A stretch of DNA of 64,000 nt from an uncultured virus (IMG/VR IMGVR_UViG_3300023116_006877). Lineage: Duplodnaviria > Heunggongvirae > Uroviricota > Caudoviricetes. The stretch lies in IMG/VR virus record IMGVR_UViG_3300023116_006877; one strand, written 5' to 3'. The translations under genes were made by a program, and so were the position numbers. Positions 10,135 to 18,811 of the stretch are shown here, one piece after another. The notes under the pieces were generated by a model, which was not told the origin of the DNA, searched no databases, and worked only from the letters and a program-made list of their open reading frames with translations. Numbering within the stretch: the stretch's first letter is position 1; every line of letters begins with the position of its first letter.

Positions 10135-11049
10135 ATGAGCATTGAAGACAGCATAAAACAGTTGGTTGAAGAAAAAGTTCAAAAAGCCACAAAATCGTAT
10201 TACACTAGATTGGCAAGTGAGAATTATAGTATTTCTGAAAAATTGAAATGGGCAGAAAAAAAACTAAATGAACTGGTGGAAAAATTGTCGTCACGAAACA
10301 ACAATTTTGAAAACGGGGAAATATCAGGAGATAAAATATCTGGAGGAAAGATTTCCAAGTTTTCATCAACTGGAATCAAGGACACCGCACCCAACACCAT
10401 GTTGACTGTTGAAAAAGACAAAGTGGTGGTCGAGAAAAATCTTCATGTCAACGGCACCATACAAGTAAAACAGTTGTTGTATAATAAAGCCAAGTGCAAT
10501 GATCTTGAAGTTGATAACAGCGTCAGGATAAATGGCACAGAAGTTTTGTGGGCAGACAGATTAGGAAATGCTGTAAAAAAATCCAAACTGACCGAACTGG
10601 GTGTATTAAATGAATTAAATGTTGCCAACACATTGACCATCTTTAAAAACAAAGTTGGCGTCAACGTAATTGAACCCATCGGACCTTTTGGGGTTGCAAG
10701 TAATGGCATAGAGGTGTCGATCGATACAAAGGGTGACACAGGTTATGTGGGCACTGTCAATAGTGACCCTTTTGCGATAGGCTCCAGTGGAGATCCGACA
10801 TTGTACATCAGTCCTGATAACAAGGTAGGGATAAAAATTAAAAAACCAAAAGCAGATTTAGATGTTGCAGGCTATATAAGATATCAAGGACAAACTCAAC
10901 AATATCTAAATTCTATACCAAATGCCGGCACATGGGCACAGGGAGATATTGTGTGGAACAGTCAGCCGGGACGTGGTTCGGTATTGGGTTGGGTATGTAT
11001 CAAACAAGGTTCACCAGGTACGTGGCGACCTTTTGTGTCTATTGATTAA
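10135..11049 (+). CDS. Hypothetical, probable fibre-associated protein
   Basis: N-terminal coiled coil; NKVGI..P...LDVAG repeats; C-terminal GTWAQGDIVWNSQP...GWVC...GSPGTW motif seen in phage fibres and spikes. Confidence 0.55.
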   Translation: MSIEDSIKQLVEEKVQKATKSYYTRLASENYSISEKLKWAEKKLNELVEKLSSRNNNFENGEISGDKISGGKISKFSSTGIKDTAPNTMLTVEKDKVVVEKNLHVNGTIQVKQLLYNKAKCNDLEVDNSVRINGTEVLWADRLGNAVKKSKLTELGVLNELNVANTLTIFKNKVGVNVIEPIGPFGVASNGIEVSIDTKGDTGYVGTVNSDPFAIGSSGDPTLYISPDNKVGIKIKKPKADLDVAGYIRYQGQTQQYLNSIPNAGTWAQGDIVWNSQPGRGSVLGWVCIKQGSPGTWRPFVSID

Positions 11050-11459
11050 ACTGTATCAAATCCGTGTATAACAGAAAGTGTTTTTCCACCGTCTCCCGGT
11101 AATGTAGAACTTAAAGTGATTGTTGTTCCCGATATGGAATAGGTGTCGTCTTTTTGGAAAACACCCTCTATGAAAACAAGAATATTTTGATCTGCTTTGG
11201 GTTCGAATGTCAACGGTCCATATGATAATGTAGATCCATCCATTGTAAAAGCATCTCGTGTGATGGTAGACGCTCCGCCCGATCCTCCTTGCAGTTGAAC
11301 AAATGTCACACCGTTGTAAAATTCTAACATATTCAAAGTGGTGTTGTAACGAATCATTCCTTCTTCTGGATTTACTGGTTGTTCGGCCGTTGTTCCTGTT
11401 GGAATTTGAATAGATTGTGCCGCTCCGTCGAGTTCAGGATATTTAATATGTCTACCCAT
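11046..11459 (-). CDS. Small virion structural protein
   Basis: IPTGTTAEQP...IRYNT plus DGST/VFIEGVFQ modules. Confidence 0.6.
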   Translation of the reverse strand: MGRHIKYPELDGAAQSIQIPTGTTAEQPVNPEEGMIRYNTTLNMLEFYNGVTFVQLQGGSGGASTITRDAFTMDGSTLSYGPLTFEPKADQNILVFIEGVFQKDDTYSISGTTITLSSTLPGDGGKTLSVIHGFDTV

Positions 11460-11463
11460 GAGA

Positions 11464-11778
11464 TTATAAACCTATTGTTGAGATTGTTGCGTTGAATTGT
11501 GCCGCGGAATCTGGTGCTTCAATATAAATTCTGTCTCCGGATTCTAAAATTAATTTTTCAGTATCTATGATATAGGTATCCTCGGCATGAATAGTGAGGT
11601 TGTTATATAATTTATAATTTTCTGAAACTGACTGGCCCGATGGAACCACGTATATGTTTACTGTTCCTTGAGAAGATGTTTTGTTAGTGATATAAATTAC
11701 TGTCACAGCAGTGTCGGCCGCGGCCGTGAAAGCGGCACTTGAAGTGTTTGCTGTAACTTGAAAATTTGTAATCGCCAT
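11464..11778 (-). CDS. Hypothetical virion protein
   Basis: 104-aa beta-rich ORF within a late operon. Confidence 0.55.
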   Translation of the reverse strand: MAITNFQVTANTSSAAFTAAADTAVTVIYITNKTSSQGTVNIYVVPSGQSVSENYKLYNNLTIHAEDTYIIDTEKLILESGDRIYIEAPDSAAQFNATISTIGL

Positions 11779-11781
11779 ATT

Positions 11782-12630
11782 TTATCCTAACGCAATGGCC
11801 AAAGCCGTTGCTTTCTTTTTACTTATCAATTCTCCTTCTGTTCCAGAACTGATGTTTGAGTTAATAAAGTATAATCCTGTGCCTCCACCTGCCGCTGTCT
11901 TGTTGTACAGTTTGGTGATCGTGGTTGCTGTTGGAGTGGATGCCGCATTTGAAAACGTTAGTACATCGTTGATTACAATTTCTCCTGTTCCATTGGCAAT
12001 CAAAGTCAAGTTACCATTGGATGAATCCGATGTGATAGATGTGATATTTGTTAGATCGTTGTGTAAAGTCACGTTCACTGTGTCTTCTTCAGTGGCCGCT
12101 GTTGATATGTTGGCATCACCTGCTATCAATACACTATTTCCCGATAATACACTTACCACAGAAGAATCGTCACCCCTAAATCCTATTGAAAATCCTCCAC
12201 CGACTAACTGACTGTCCACATAATTTCTTGTTGCCGCATCCGAACTATTCAATGGTTCTGCAACTCTGATGTTCGCTAATCCTGTGTCTGTGATTGATGT
12301 TCCTGTGCCATCAGAGGTAGTTGTCACTGCTTTGAACACACCATCACCTTCATTCCAATAGAATGCCGCATTATTATCAACGCCTCTCTCGATCAATATA
12401 CCCGAATCGACGTCTGTTGTGTTGGTATTATTCTTGGCCAATCTAATGATAGGATCTTCTATGTTTAATGTGGTTGTGTCTAGAGTGGTACTTGTTCCTT
12501 CGACTGTGAGGTCACCTGTGATTGTAACATATCTAGAATCTAAACTTATTGTGTGTGTGCCGGATCCTGCATTATATCCTGCACCTGCCTTGATTGTGTA
12601 ATTCTCTGATGTTTTTAAAGTCTTTGCCAT
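11782..12630 (-). CDS. Virion fibre-like protein
   Basis: GDLTVEGTSTT...IEDPII...DSGILIERG and DAATRNYVD motifs; late promoter at 12638-12645. Confidence 0.6.
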   Translation of the reverse strand: MAKTLKTSENYTIKAGAGYNAGSGTHTISLDSRYVTITGDLTVEGTSTTLDTTTLNIEDPIIRLAKNNTNTTDVDSGILIERGVDNNAAFYWNEGDGVFKAVTTTSDGTGTSITDTGLANIRVAEPLNSSDAATRNYVDSQLVGGGFSIGFRGDDSSVVSVLSGNSVLIAGDANISTAATEEDTVNVTLHNDLTNITSITSDSSNGNLTLIANGTGEIVINDVLTFSNAASTPTATTITKLYNKTAAGGGTGLYFINSNISSGTEGELISKKKATALAIALG

Positions 12631-12637
12631 TTGCTAT

Positions 12638-12645
12638 TATTTATA
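12638..12645 (-). promoter_or_regulatory. T4-type late promoter TATAAATA
   Basis: Exact consensus on the minus strand, 7 nt before the ATG. Confidence 0.7.
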
Positions 12646-12650
12646 TGAAA

Positions 12651-12677
12651 TTTGGGGGAGCGTGTAACTCCCCCAAA
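12651..12677 (-). terminator. Terminator hairpin
   Basis: TTTGGGGGAG/CTCCCCCAAA 10-bp inverted repeat after 12698..13126. Confidence 0.65.
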
Positions 12678-12697
12678 CAAGCACGTGTTCTAAGTTA

Positions 12698-13126
12698 TTA
12701 CTCAGATACGATATCGATGTTACCTTTACCAGCCGCGATAGAACCTTGAATGTCAGTTCCTAACGAGTAAGGTACAGATCCTGTAGCACCTGCAGAAGTC
12801 ACATAGTGAACAGTGTTGTTGTAGAATTTTTCTACGTAAGCAACTGTTGAGTCATCTAATGTGATCTGAACACAGAATTCACCGTATCCTGTAGCATTGT
12901 CGTTGGCCAATGTACCTGGAGCAACTGCTTTCAAAAGCATGATTGCTTCTGAAGAGTCTTCCATGTGGATCTTGAATTTTTTAGATCCTCTTTGGTTCAC
13001 GATGTATGCTGTTGTGGAGTCAACTTTTGCTCCACCAAAAGTTCTGTAGGCCGTCACGGCGATTTTAGCAGATGTGTCTCCACCAAAACTTGCTACAAAC
13101 TTGTCTTTTCTTATAGGTCTTCCCAT
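12698..13126 (-). CDS. Hypothetical late (virion?) protein
   Basis: Strong AAGGAG RBS, own late promoter (13227-13232) and terminator. Confidence 0.6.
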   Translation of the reverse strand: MGRPIRKDKFVASFGGDTSAKIAVTAYRTFGGAKVDSTTAYIVNQRGSKKFKIHMEDSSEAIMLLKAVAPGTLANDNATGYGEFCVQITLDDSTVAYVEKFYNNTVHYVTSAGATGSVPYSLGTDIQGSIAAGKGNIDIVSE

Positions 13127-13262
13127 TTTTTTTCTCCTTATAGGAGTCCAATGCCAGTTCTCCTGGCTACGCGGTTGTCATCCGCATAAGTCTTCTACTT
13201 GAGTAAAAGCACGTTTGAACTAACTGTATTTATGGAATTTATAAATTTAAAAATATGCTTAT

Positions 13263-13297
13263 AAAAAAGGGCGATGTCTCCACCGCCCTTGTTTTTT
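13263..13297 (-). terminator. Intrinsic terminator
   Basis: AAAAAAGGGCG...CGCCCTTGTTTTTT. Confidence 0.75.
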
Positions 13298-13299
13298 GA

Positions 13300-13407
13300 T
13301 TATTGTGTAACTTCCGGTGTTGGTTGTCCAGACCAAACCGACCATGCGATGACAACAATGATCGCTATTGCTATCCATGTTTTTTTGTCTTTTAACAGTT
13401 CTTTCAT
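13300..13407 (-). CDS. 35-aa single-pass membrane microprotein (absent from the ORF track)
   Basis: MKELLKDKKTWIAIAIIVVIAWSVWSGQPTPEVTQ; AGGAG RBS upstream; ends right before a terminator. Confidence 0.65.
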   Translation of the reverse strand: MKELLKDKKTWIAIAIIVVIAWSVWSGQPTPEVTQ

Positions 13408-13501
13408 TTTTCCACTCCTGTATTTGTTGTGTGGTGTAGTTGTATAGTCACACCACACAATGAGGTTTCGTATTACTAGATTGTTATATGATTTCTATAG
13501 T

Positions 13502-13735
13502 TTACTTTCTATTATAGATGTGATATAAAATCCAAACTGCCACCAATCCAATCAATCCTTGATCAGAGAAGCCTTGCAGTACGCCCTGGACGTTTCCTAT
13601 TACAGAAACATTCGGCCAGAACGGAATACCTTGACCGTTGAAAAGGATTTCTAAAACAATTCCCAACGCGATCAAACTCACTCCCACGTCGGCAATTCCT
13701 TTTGCCCAATCCTTTATAGTCTTTAGATAATCCAT
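13502..13735 (-). CDS. Small membrane protein (two hydrophobic segments)
   Basis: AGGAGG RBS, late promoter 13782-13787, hydrophobic helices, basic C-terminus. Confidence 0.7.
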   Translation of the reverse strand: MDYLKTIKDWAKGIADVGVSLIALGIVLEILFNGQGIPFWPNVSVIGNVQGVLQGFSDQGLIGLVAVWILYHIYNRK

Positions 13736-13886
13736 GTTGGACCTCCTTTGATTATAGATTCACCTAGGTGAACCTTGCAATTATTTAGAACACAAAATTA
13801 TGAATAAAACTACCAGATTTGGTTTTGCGTTTGTATGGAGTGTATTTTTTTTCCGTTAAACACACAGAAAATGAAAATTAAGTCAT

Positions 13887-13915
13887 AAAAAAAGGGCGAC
13901 CGAAGCCGCCCTTTT
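13887..13915 (-). terminator. Terminator after the major capsid gene
   Basis: Minus strand AAAAGGGCGG-CUUCGG-UCGCCC followed by U7; cUUCGg tetraloop as in T4 terminators. Confidence 0.85.
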
Positions 13916-13936
13916 CAAAATAGATAATCTTAAAGA

Positions 13937-15109
13937 TTATGCAAATTTTAAGTTGCCTGAAGTAACAGCAATTTTACCTAGGTAGTCAGCCGCATTACCA
14001 AGAGATGATGCAGTGTTGTTTAATTCAACATAGCCATATCTTGTTAAGAAACCTACTACTGGTTCAAAAGTTGCTGGATCAAGTACAACGCCTGATGACA
14101 TTAATGGAATGTATGGACAGTAGAACGCCGCCGCATCTGCCTCAGATGCACCTTTGTAACCTACTAATACATCAGCACTGTCGCCAGCGTATGCATTTGC
14201 ATATACTCTCATCGCACCGTTTAAAGTTCCAACGAATTTAGTGTTTGTTGGTGCTTCGAACGTACCTTCAGTTGATCTTGCGAACGCTGAAGTTGTTGCA
14301 GATTGAAGAACAGTTAACGCAGTTGGTGATACCACCGCCCAGTTACCTGCACCTCTTCTTGTTCTTTGTGCAATGATGTTTGCTACTCTGTTGATTTGAA
14401 CAGCCAAAGCCGCGTGTTCATCACCAACGAAAGTTGCAGTTCCAGAAACAGCCGCTTGGTCATAAGTTGCTAAAGCAGTACCTGCCAAAGTGTTTAATGA
14501 TCCAATGATTTCTTGGTCGATCTCAGCAGTGATCTCTTGAGCTAACGCCGCCATGATTTCTGCTTCTACATCGATACCTTGCTGTGCCTGAGCGTCTTGA
14601 GCCGCTTCAAAAGTCCATCTTGCAGATAGTTTTCTTGATTTAGCCTCAACCGCTTGTTTTAAGATTTGGATAGATAATCTTTTACCAGCAGATCCTTCTA
14701 ACGCCGCTGTTGAAGCCGCTTTAGTTGAACTGTTGTCTCCAGAATATGCTTCCGCAATCTTGAATGGAGATAATGCCTCTTCACCTGGAGTAGTTGTAGT
14801 TGTTCCAGAAGAACTGTCAGCATATCTGATTCTTAGTGTGTGGATCTGTCCAACCGGACCAGTCATCGGCTGTACACCAACGATTTCGTTAGCGATAACA
14901 GTCGGCATAACCCGTCTGATTACTGGAAGGATCACTCTGTTTAGAGTAGCAACGTTACCAGCCGATGTAGCACCTGCTGTTGCAGACTCAGACAAATATC
15001 TTTTTGTGTTTTCTAACACGATGTCCATAGTCTTTTTCTTGTTGCCTTCTAAACCTTCAGTTAGAGCTGATTTAGTTTCGCTCCATTTTGATTCAAATAA
15101 TTCACTCAT
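13937..15109 (-). CDS. gp23: Major capsid protein (T4 gp23-like)
   Basis: IVGVQPMTGP, KSRKLSARWTFEAAQD, EITAEIDQE, FYCPYIPL, FEPVVGFLTRYG motifs. Confidence 0.97.
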   Translation of the reverse strand: MSELFESKWSETKSALTEGLEGNKKKTMDIVLENTKRYLSESATAGATSAGNVATLNRVILPVIRRVMPTVIANEIVGVQPMTGPVGQIHTLRIRYADSSSGTTTTTPGEEALSPFKIAEAYSGDNSSTKAASTAALEGSAGKRLSIQILKQAVEAKSRKLSARWTFEAAQDAQAQQGIDVEAEIMAALAQEITAEIDQEIIGSLNTLAGTALATYDQAAVSGTATFVGDEHAALAVQINRVANIIAQRTRRGAGNWAVVSPTALTVLQSATTSAFARSTEGTFEAPTNTKFVGTLNGAMRVYANAYAGDSADVLVGYKGASEADAAAFYCPYIPLMSSGVVLDPATFEPVVGFLTRYGYVELNNTASSLGNAADYLGKIAVTSGNLKFA

Positions 15110-15129
15110 TTGTCTCGTTCCTTTTTAGT

Positions 15130-16224
15130 TTAGTTGTTAATTTTCGACAGACCCGCTAATACACGAATACTGCCTAGTTCTGCATCTTCTCGCTCTGATC
15201 TTGGAGCACCTGCTTTATCGCCAGAAGCCTCAGAAAGCATTTTCTTTGCTTTTGACACAGGAGCGTCTTCCATCACTGCTTGAAGATACTTGTCATAAGC
15301 GGCCTTTAATTTGCCAGTCTCAGTTGATTCCAATAACTGACTCATTACTTCCGCTTTGTCTTTGCTCAAAGGTTTGAGCAACTCAGCCATCGTTGCCTTA
15401 CGTTCCATCAAATCCTTAACTTGAGAAATTTCTCTCTCTTTGGATTCAATCACCGTTTTTGCCTCTTCGATGGATTTCTCAGCATCTTTTAGTTTCAAAG
15501 TAGTTTCATCTACAACTTTTAACAGTTTTGATGTTTCAGACTTCTCATTTAAGTAAGATGCCTGATACTCTGAAGCAAATGCTTCGAAAATTTGTTTACC
15601 AAAGTTAACCTGTCTTGCAGATGAGATGTCTTCTTTAAGTTGGCTAATTTCTTCACCTAACTTTTTAGTTACAGCATCTTCTACAACCTTAGCAGATTTC
15701 TTAATGAAAGATTCTTTTAACTTGGCTAGTTGAGCCTTTGCTTCTTTCACTAATTTCACTTTAGTTTCAACTACAGATTTCTTGTCTTCTGCAAATTCTT
15801 TGATCTCCTTAGCAAGTGCGTTTACAACGAACTCCTCTAATTTTGCAAAGTTTTCGCCAACAGATTTTCTGTCGTCGTGTAGTTCTTTAACTTCATTAGT
15901 AAGTTTGCTTAATACAAACTCTTCTAATTTTTTAGAATGAGCACCTACTGATTCTTTGTAAGTGATCTTTTCTTGAGCTAGTGCTTTTCTGTCTTCGACA
16001 AATTTGCTGATCTCTTCAGACAACTTTTCAGTCATCATCGTATCAATAGCCTCGACCATGTTATTTTTGTCGTGCTCGTATCTTTTAGCAAATTCTTCTC
16101 TCAGTTCAGCGGTTACTAGTTCTCTGTTTTCTTTTATTTTTGAATCCCACGCTTCTTCGATAGATTTTTTTGTATCTTCTCCAATAACGCCTGATTCAAC
16201 TAGTTTTGATATTGCGTCGAACAT
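15130..16224 (-). CDS. gp22: Prohead core scaffolding protein (gp22-like)
   Basis: Long charged coiled coil between the protease and capsid genes; IFEAFASE motif. Confidence 0.8.
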   Translation of the reverse strand: MFDAISKLVESGVIGEDTKKSIEEAWDSKIKENRELVTAELREEFAKRYEHDKNNMVEAIDTMMTEKLSEEISKFVEDRKALAQEKITYKESVGAHSKKLEEFVLSKLTNEVKELHDDRKSVGENFAKLEEFVVNALAKEIKEFAEDKKSVVETKVKLVKEAKAQLAKLKESFIKKSAKVVEDAVTKKLGEEISQLKEDISSARQVNFGKQIFEAFASEYQASYLNEKSETSKLLKVVDETTLKLKDAEKSIEEAKTVIESKEREISQVKDLMERKATMAELLKPLSKDKAEVMSQLLESTETGKLKAAYDKYLQAVMEDAPVSKAKKMLSEASGDKAGAPRSEREDAELGSIRVLAGLSKINN

Positions 16225-16856
16225 TATTTTAGTCCTCTTATTATGTTGGTTAATGCCTCTGTAAGGGCTTTTTGTGCTTTTTTGTCGTTTCTAACTTCAG
16301 CCGCCAAACCCATTGCCATGTTTCCACCTTTTGTGTTCATAAGGTGTTCGTATATGGCAGTTGGATAAGCACCTGGTGCCGAAGGTTGAGCCACAACATC
16401 CACAGTGATGATCTCAAAGTCTGAAACTTCTCCACCGCCGTACTCAGAAATGTTACCACTTCCTCTCGACGATACTCCTAATTTCACACCCGATTCTAAC
16501 ATTGTTCGGACAAGTTGGCCCATTGGTGTTGGTAAAATTTTCATTTTACCGTATCCATTTGGTCCGTCCATCCACATCTCAGTAATCATGTGAGACACAC
16601 GGTCCAAATTAATTTTTAAATCATCTGGATGATCCACTTCACCTAATACAGAGTATCCAGACGTGATTTGATCATTGAGTGTTTTCACTGCTTTTTGTAT
16701 TTCATTCACAGGATAAACTCTTTGATTGGCATTTTTAATACCGCCTTGTATGCAGATTCCTTTCATGAAAAGGTCTTTTCCGTCCTTACCTTCATGAAGT
16801 ACCTGAACTCTGGCTTGATCAAACGTTAGATTTTCTCTAAGGTATAATGATGACAT
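16224..16856 (-). CDS. gp21: Prohead protease (gp21-like)
   Basis: NANQRVYP, LGEVDHP, LGVSSRGSG, DVVAQPSAPGA motifs. Confidence 0.95.
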   Translation of the reverse strand: MSSLYLRENLTFDQARVQVLHEGKDGKDLFMKGICIQGGIKNANQRVYPVNEIQKAVKTLNDQITSGYSVLGEVDHPDDLKINLDRVSHMITEMWMDGPNGYGKMKILPTPMGQLVRTMLESGVKLGVSSRGSGNISEYGGGEVSDFEIITVDVVAQPSAPGAYPTAIYEHLMNTKGGNMAMGLAAEVRNDKKAQKALTEALTNIIRGLK

Positions 16857-16882
16857 CAGATCTTCTCCAAATTAATCAACAA

Positions 16883-17770
16883 TTACTTAGAAGCAACTGG
16901 TGATTTCTTGTTATCAGCCTTGTCAGCAGTTTCCGCCTTAGGTGCCGCTTTCATTGCCGCTTTTTCTTTACCTGGCGTGTTTGCAACATCACCGATGATT
17001 TTTTCTGCAGTCGGAGCCGCTCTGCCTTTTTCTTCAGCAGAACCCTGTGCTATATTTTTAGCACCGTGTCCCATTTTTGTTCCTGCATCATTTACTGGTG
17101 ATTTTTTGCCATCTGCTTTGTCAGTGTTATCAGCAGATTTTGGAATTTTGTATTCTTTTACAGTTTCCTTGTCCGCTTCTTTTGATTCAAAAGGAGTTTT
17201 TTCAGCCTCTACTGGAGCGTCTATTGACTCTTCTTCAGTTTCTTCTGACTCTTCACCTTTATCGCCTGACATCATTTTTTCAAATTCTGCTTTTAATTCG
17301 TCTAAAGCATCTTCTAAGTCTGCAACTCTTTCTTCAGTGTCACCTTCTGCTTCAGCGTCATCGCCTGGCATTTCTTCATCACCTGGCATTTCTTCTTCGG
17401 CTTCCGGAGCAGATACATCTTTGATTAACTCGTCAGTTGCATCTCCGCCTACTTCTTCGATTGACTCATCTTCAGTTTCTTCAGATTCGTCAGCAAGTTC
17501 AACTTCTTCGCCTTCTTCTACTGCTTCTTCTTTAGACTCTTCGGTTGCTTCTTCTACTGCTTCTTCTTTAGATTCTTCAGTTGCTTCTTCTACTGCTTCT
17601 TCTTTAGACTCTTCTTTGTTTTCTTCTACTGTTTCTTCTTCAGTAGTTTCTGCTAATCCTTCGTAGATATCTCTAGATTTTTCTACAACGATTTCATGAA
17701 ATAACGCTTCCGCTTTTTCATTTTCTTCGTTAATCAGCAATTCTAATAATTGTTCAAATTTATTTGACAT
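16883..17770 (-). CDS. Highly acidic prohead core/internal protein
   Basis: Glu-rich low-complexity protein upstream of the protease; late promoter 17819-17824. Confidence 0.6.
   Translation of the reverse strand: MSNKFEQLLELLINEENEKAEALFHEIVVEKSRDIYEGLAETTEEETVEENKEESKEEAVEEATEESKEEAVEEATEESKEEAVEEGEEVELADESEETEDESIEEVGGDATDELIKDVSAPEAEEEMPGDEEMPGDDAEAEGDTEERVADLEDALDELKAEFEKMMSGDKGEESEETEEESIDAPVEAEKTPFESKEADKETVKEYKIPKSADNTDKADGKKSPVNDAGTKMGHGAKNIAQGSAEEKGRAAPTAEKIIGDVANTPGKEKAAMKAAPKAETADKADNKKSPVASK
17513..17614 (-). repeat. 36-bp tandem repeat, about 3 copies (EESKEEAVEEAT)
   Basis: Unit ttcttctactgcttcttctttaga(c/t)tcttc(g/a)gttgc at 17513, 17549 and 17585. Confidence 0.9.
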
Positions 17771-17903
17771 TACACGTGCTCCTTTAAATGTATACGTTCG
17801 TTTAACTTATAAGTGTTGTATTTACATAAAAGAACCTAAAACGGCTATAGAATAGGCTCAAAAAGGCCCATATTTGTCTCAAAATAAGACTTTTTTGTGA
17901 TTT

Positions 17904-18533
17904 TTATAATTTTATCTGCAGATCATACATTTTCAGGAAGTCCAACACATCAACTGTACTGAAATTGGGATTGAATTCTAAGTCGTTTGGACGAAACCAG
18001 TTTGCCGGCACCACACGGTTGAACTTGATGTCTGGATAATCTATGAAAATTTTTTTAGTTTGATTCATCCAGTTGCCATAAAATGTTGCTTCGTCCTTGC
18101 TTTGTTTGTAATTACGGGTGTCTTTGAAAACATTGTTGAACTTAAAACTGGTTTTTCTTTGATCCCTCGAGTGACCTTGATAGTCAAACCCTAATATGTA
18201 TATTTGTTTGTGTCCATGATCGCAGGCTAATTTCAATGCTGTGGGGCCGGATGACCATCCTAGGCTGGGTTTGAACCATTGTACATGATTAATTGCTGTT
18301 GGAACCTTGTCATACTGATGATTGTAGTTGCTCCAAACCGAATTGTTTTTGGGATAATCAGTTTCGCAAATCTCTAAAATCATTTTGGGATCTACAGCAA
18401 CGAGATAATCTGGAGTTTCGGTCCTATAAACGGCATTACAGGCATAAACCTTTCCGTGTTTTTGTAAATCAGCAATTTTTATACCTTTACGGGATTCGCC
18501 GTTGCCTAATACAAATGCTGTTGTATTGCTCAT
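17904..18533 (-). CDS. Maf/DUF115 or sialyltransferase-like fold protein
   Basis: AFVLGNGES, YACNAVY...PDYLVAVD, SSGPTALKLA...IYILGFD. Confidence 0.55.
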   Translation of the reverse strand: MSNTTAFVLGNGESRKGIKIADLQKHGKVYACNAVYRTETPDYLVAVDPKMILEICETDYPKNNSVWSNYNHQYDKVPTAINHVQWFKPSLGWSSGPTALKLACDHGHKQIYILGFDYQGHSRDQRKTSFKFNNVFKDTRNYKQSKDEATFYGNWMNQTKKIFIDYPDIKFNRVVPANWFRPNDLEFNPNFSTVDVLDFLKMYDLQIKL

Positions 18534-18555
18534 ATGTTACACACTTTATATATTA

Positions 18556-18798
18556 TTACAAAGATATATTATCGTCGGCAAGTGGTTGACCATACATTTT
18601 TTGAACGAAAACTGCTTCTTCCTTCTGTTCTGCATCGTGTTGTTCAGAAGCAAGTCGCATTTTGTTAATTTGTCCTAGAGTTAATCTAGTCTTTCGTGTA
18701 TCGTCGGTGTCCAAAATAGAAATATCGTCTTCGGCATTATAATTTTTTTGTTGCTCGAAGCCATTTTCTGTATGTTGAAAAAATTCATTCAATTTCAT
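18556..18798 (-). CDS. Small head-module protein (likely start ATG 18798)
   Basis: MKLNEFFQ...DTRKTRLTLGQINKMR; TAAATA at 18804-18809 just upstream. Confidence 0.6.
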   Translation of the reverse strand: MKLNEFFQHTENGFEQQKNYNAEDDISILDTDDTRKTRLTLGQINKMRLASEQHDAEQKEEAVFVQKMYGQPLADDNISL

Positions 18799-18811
18799 AA
18801 CGATATTTATT

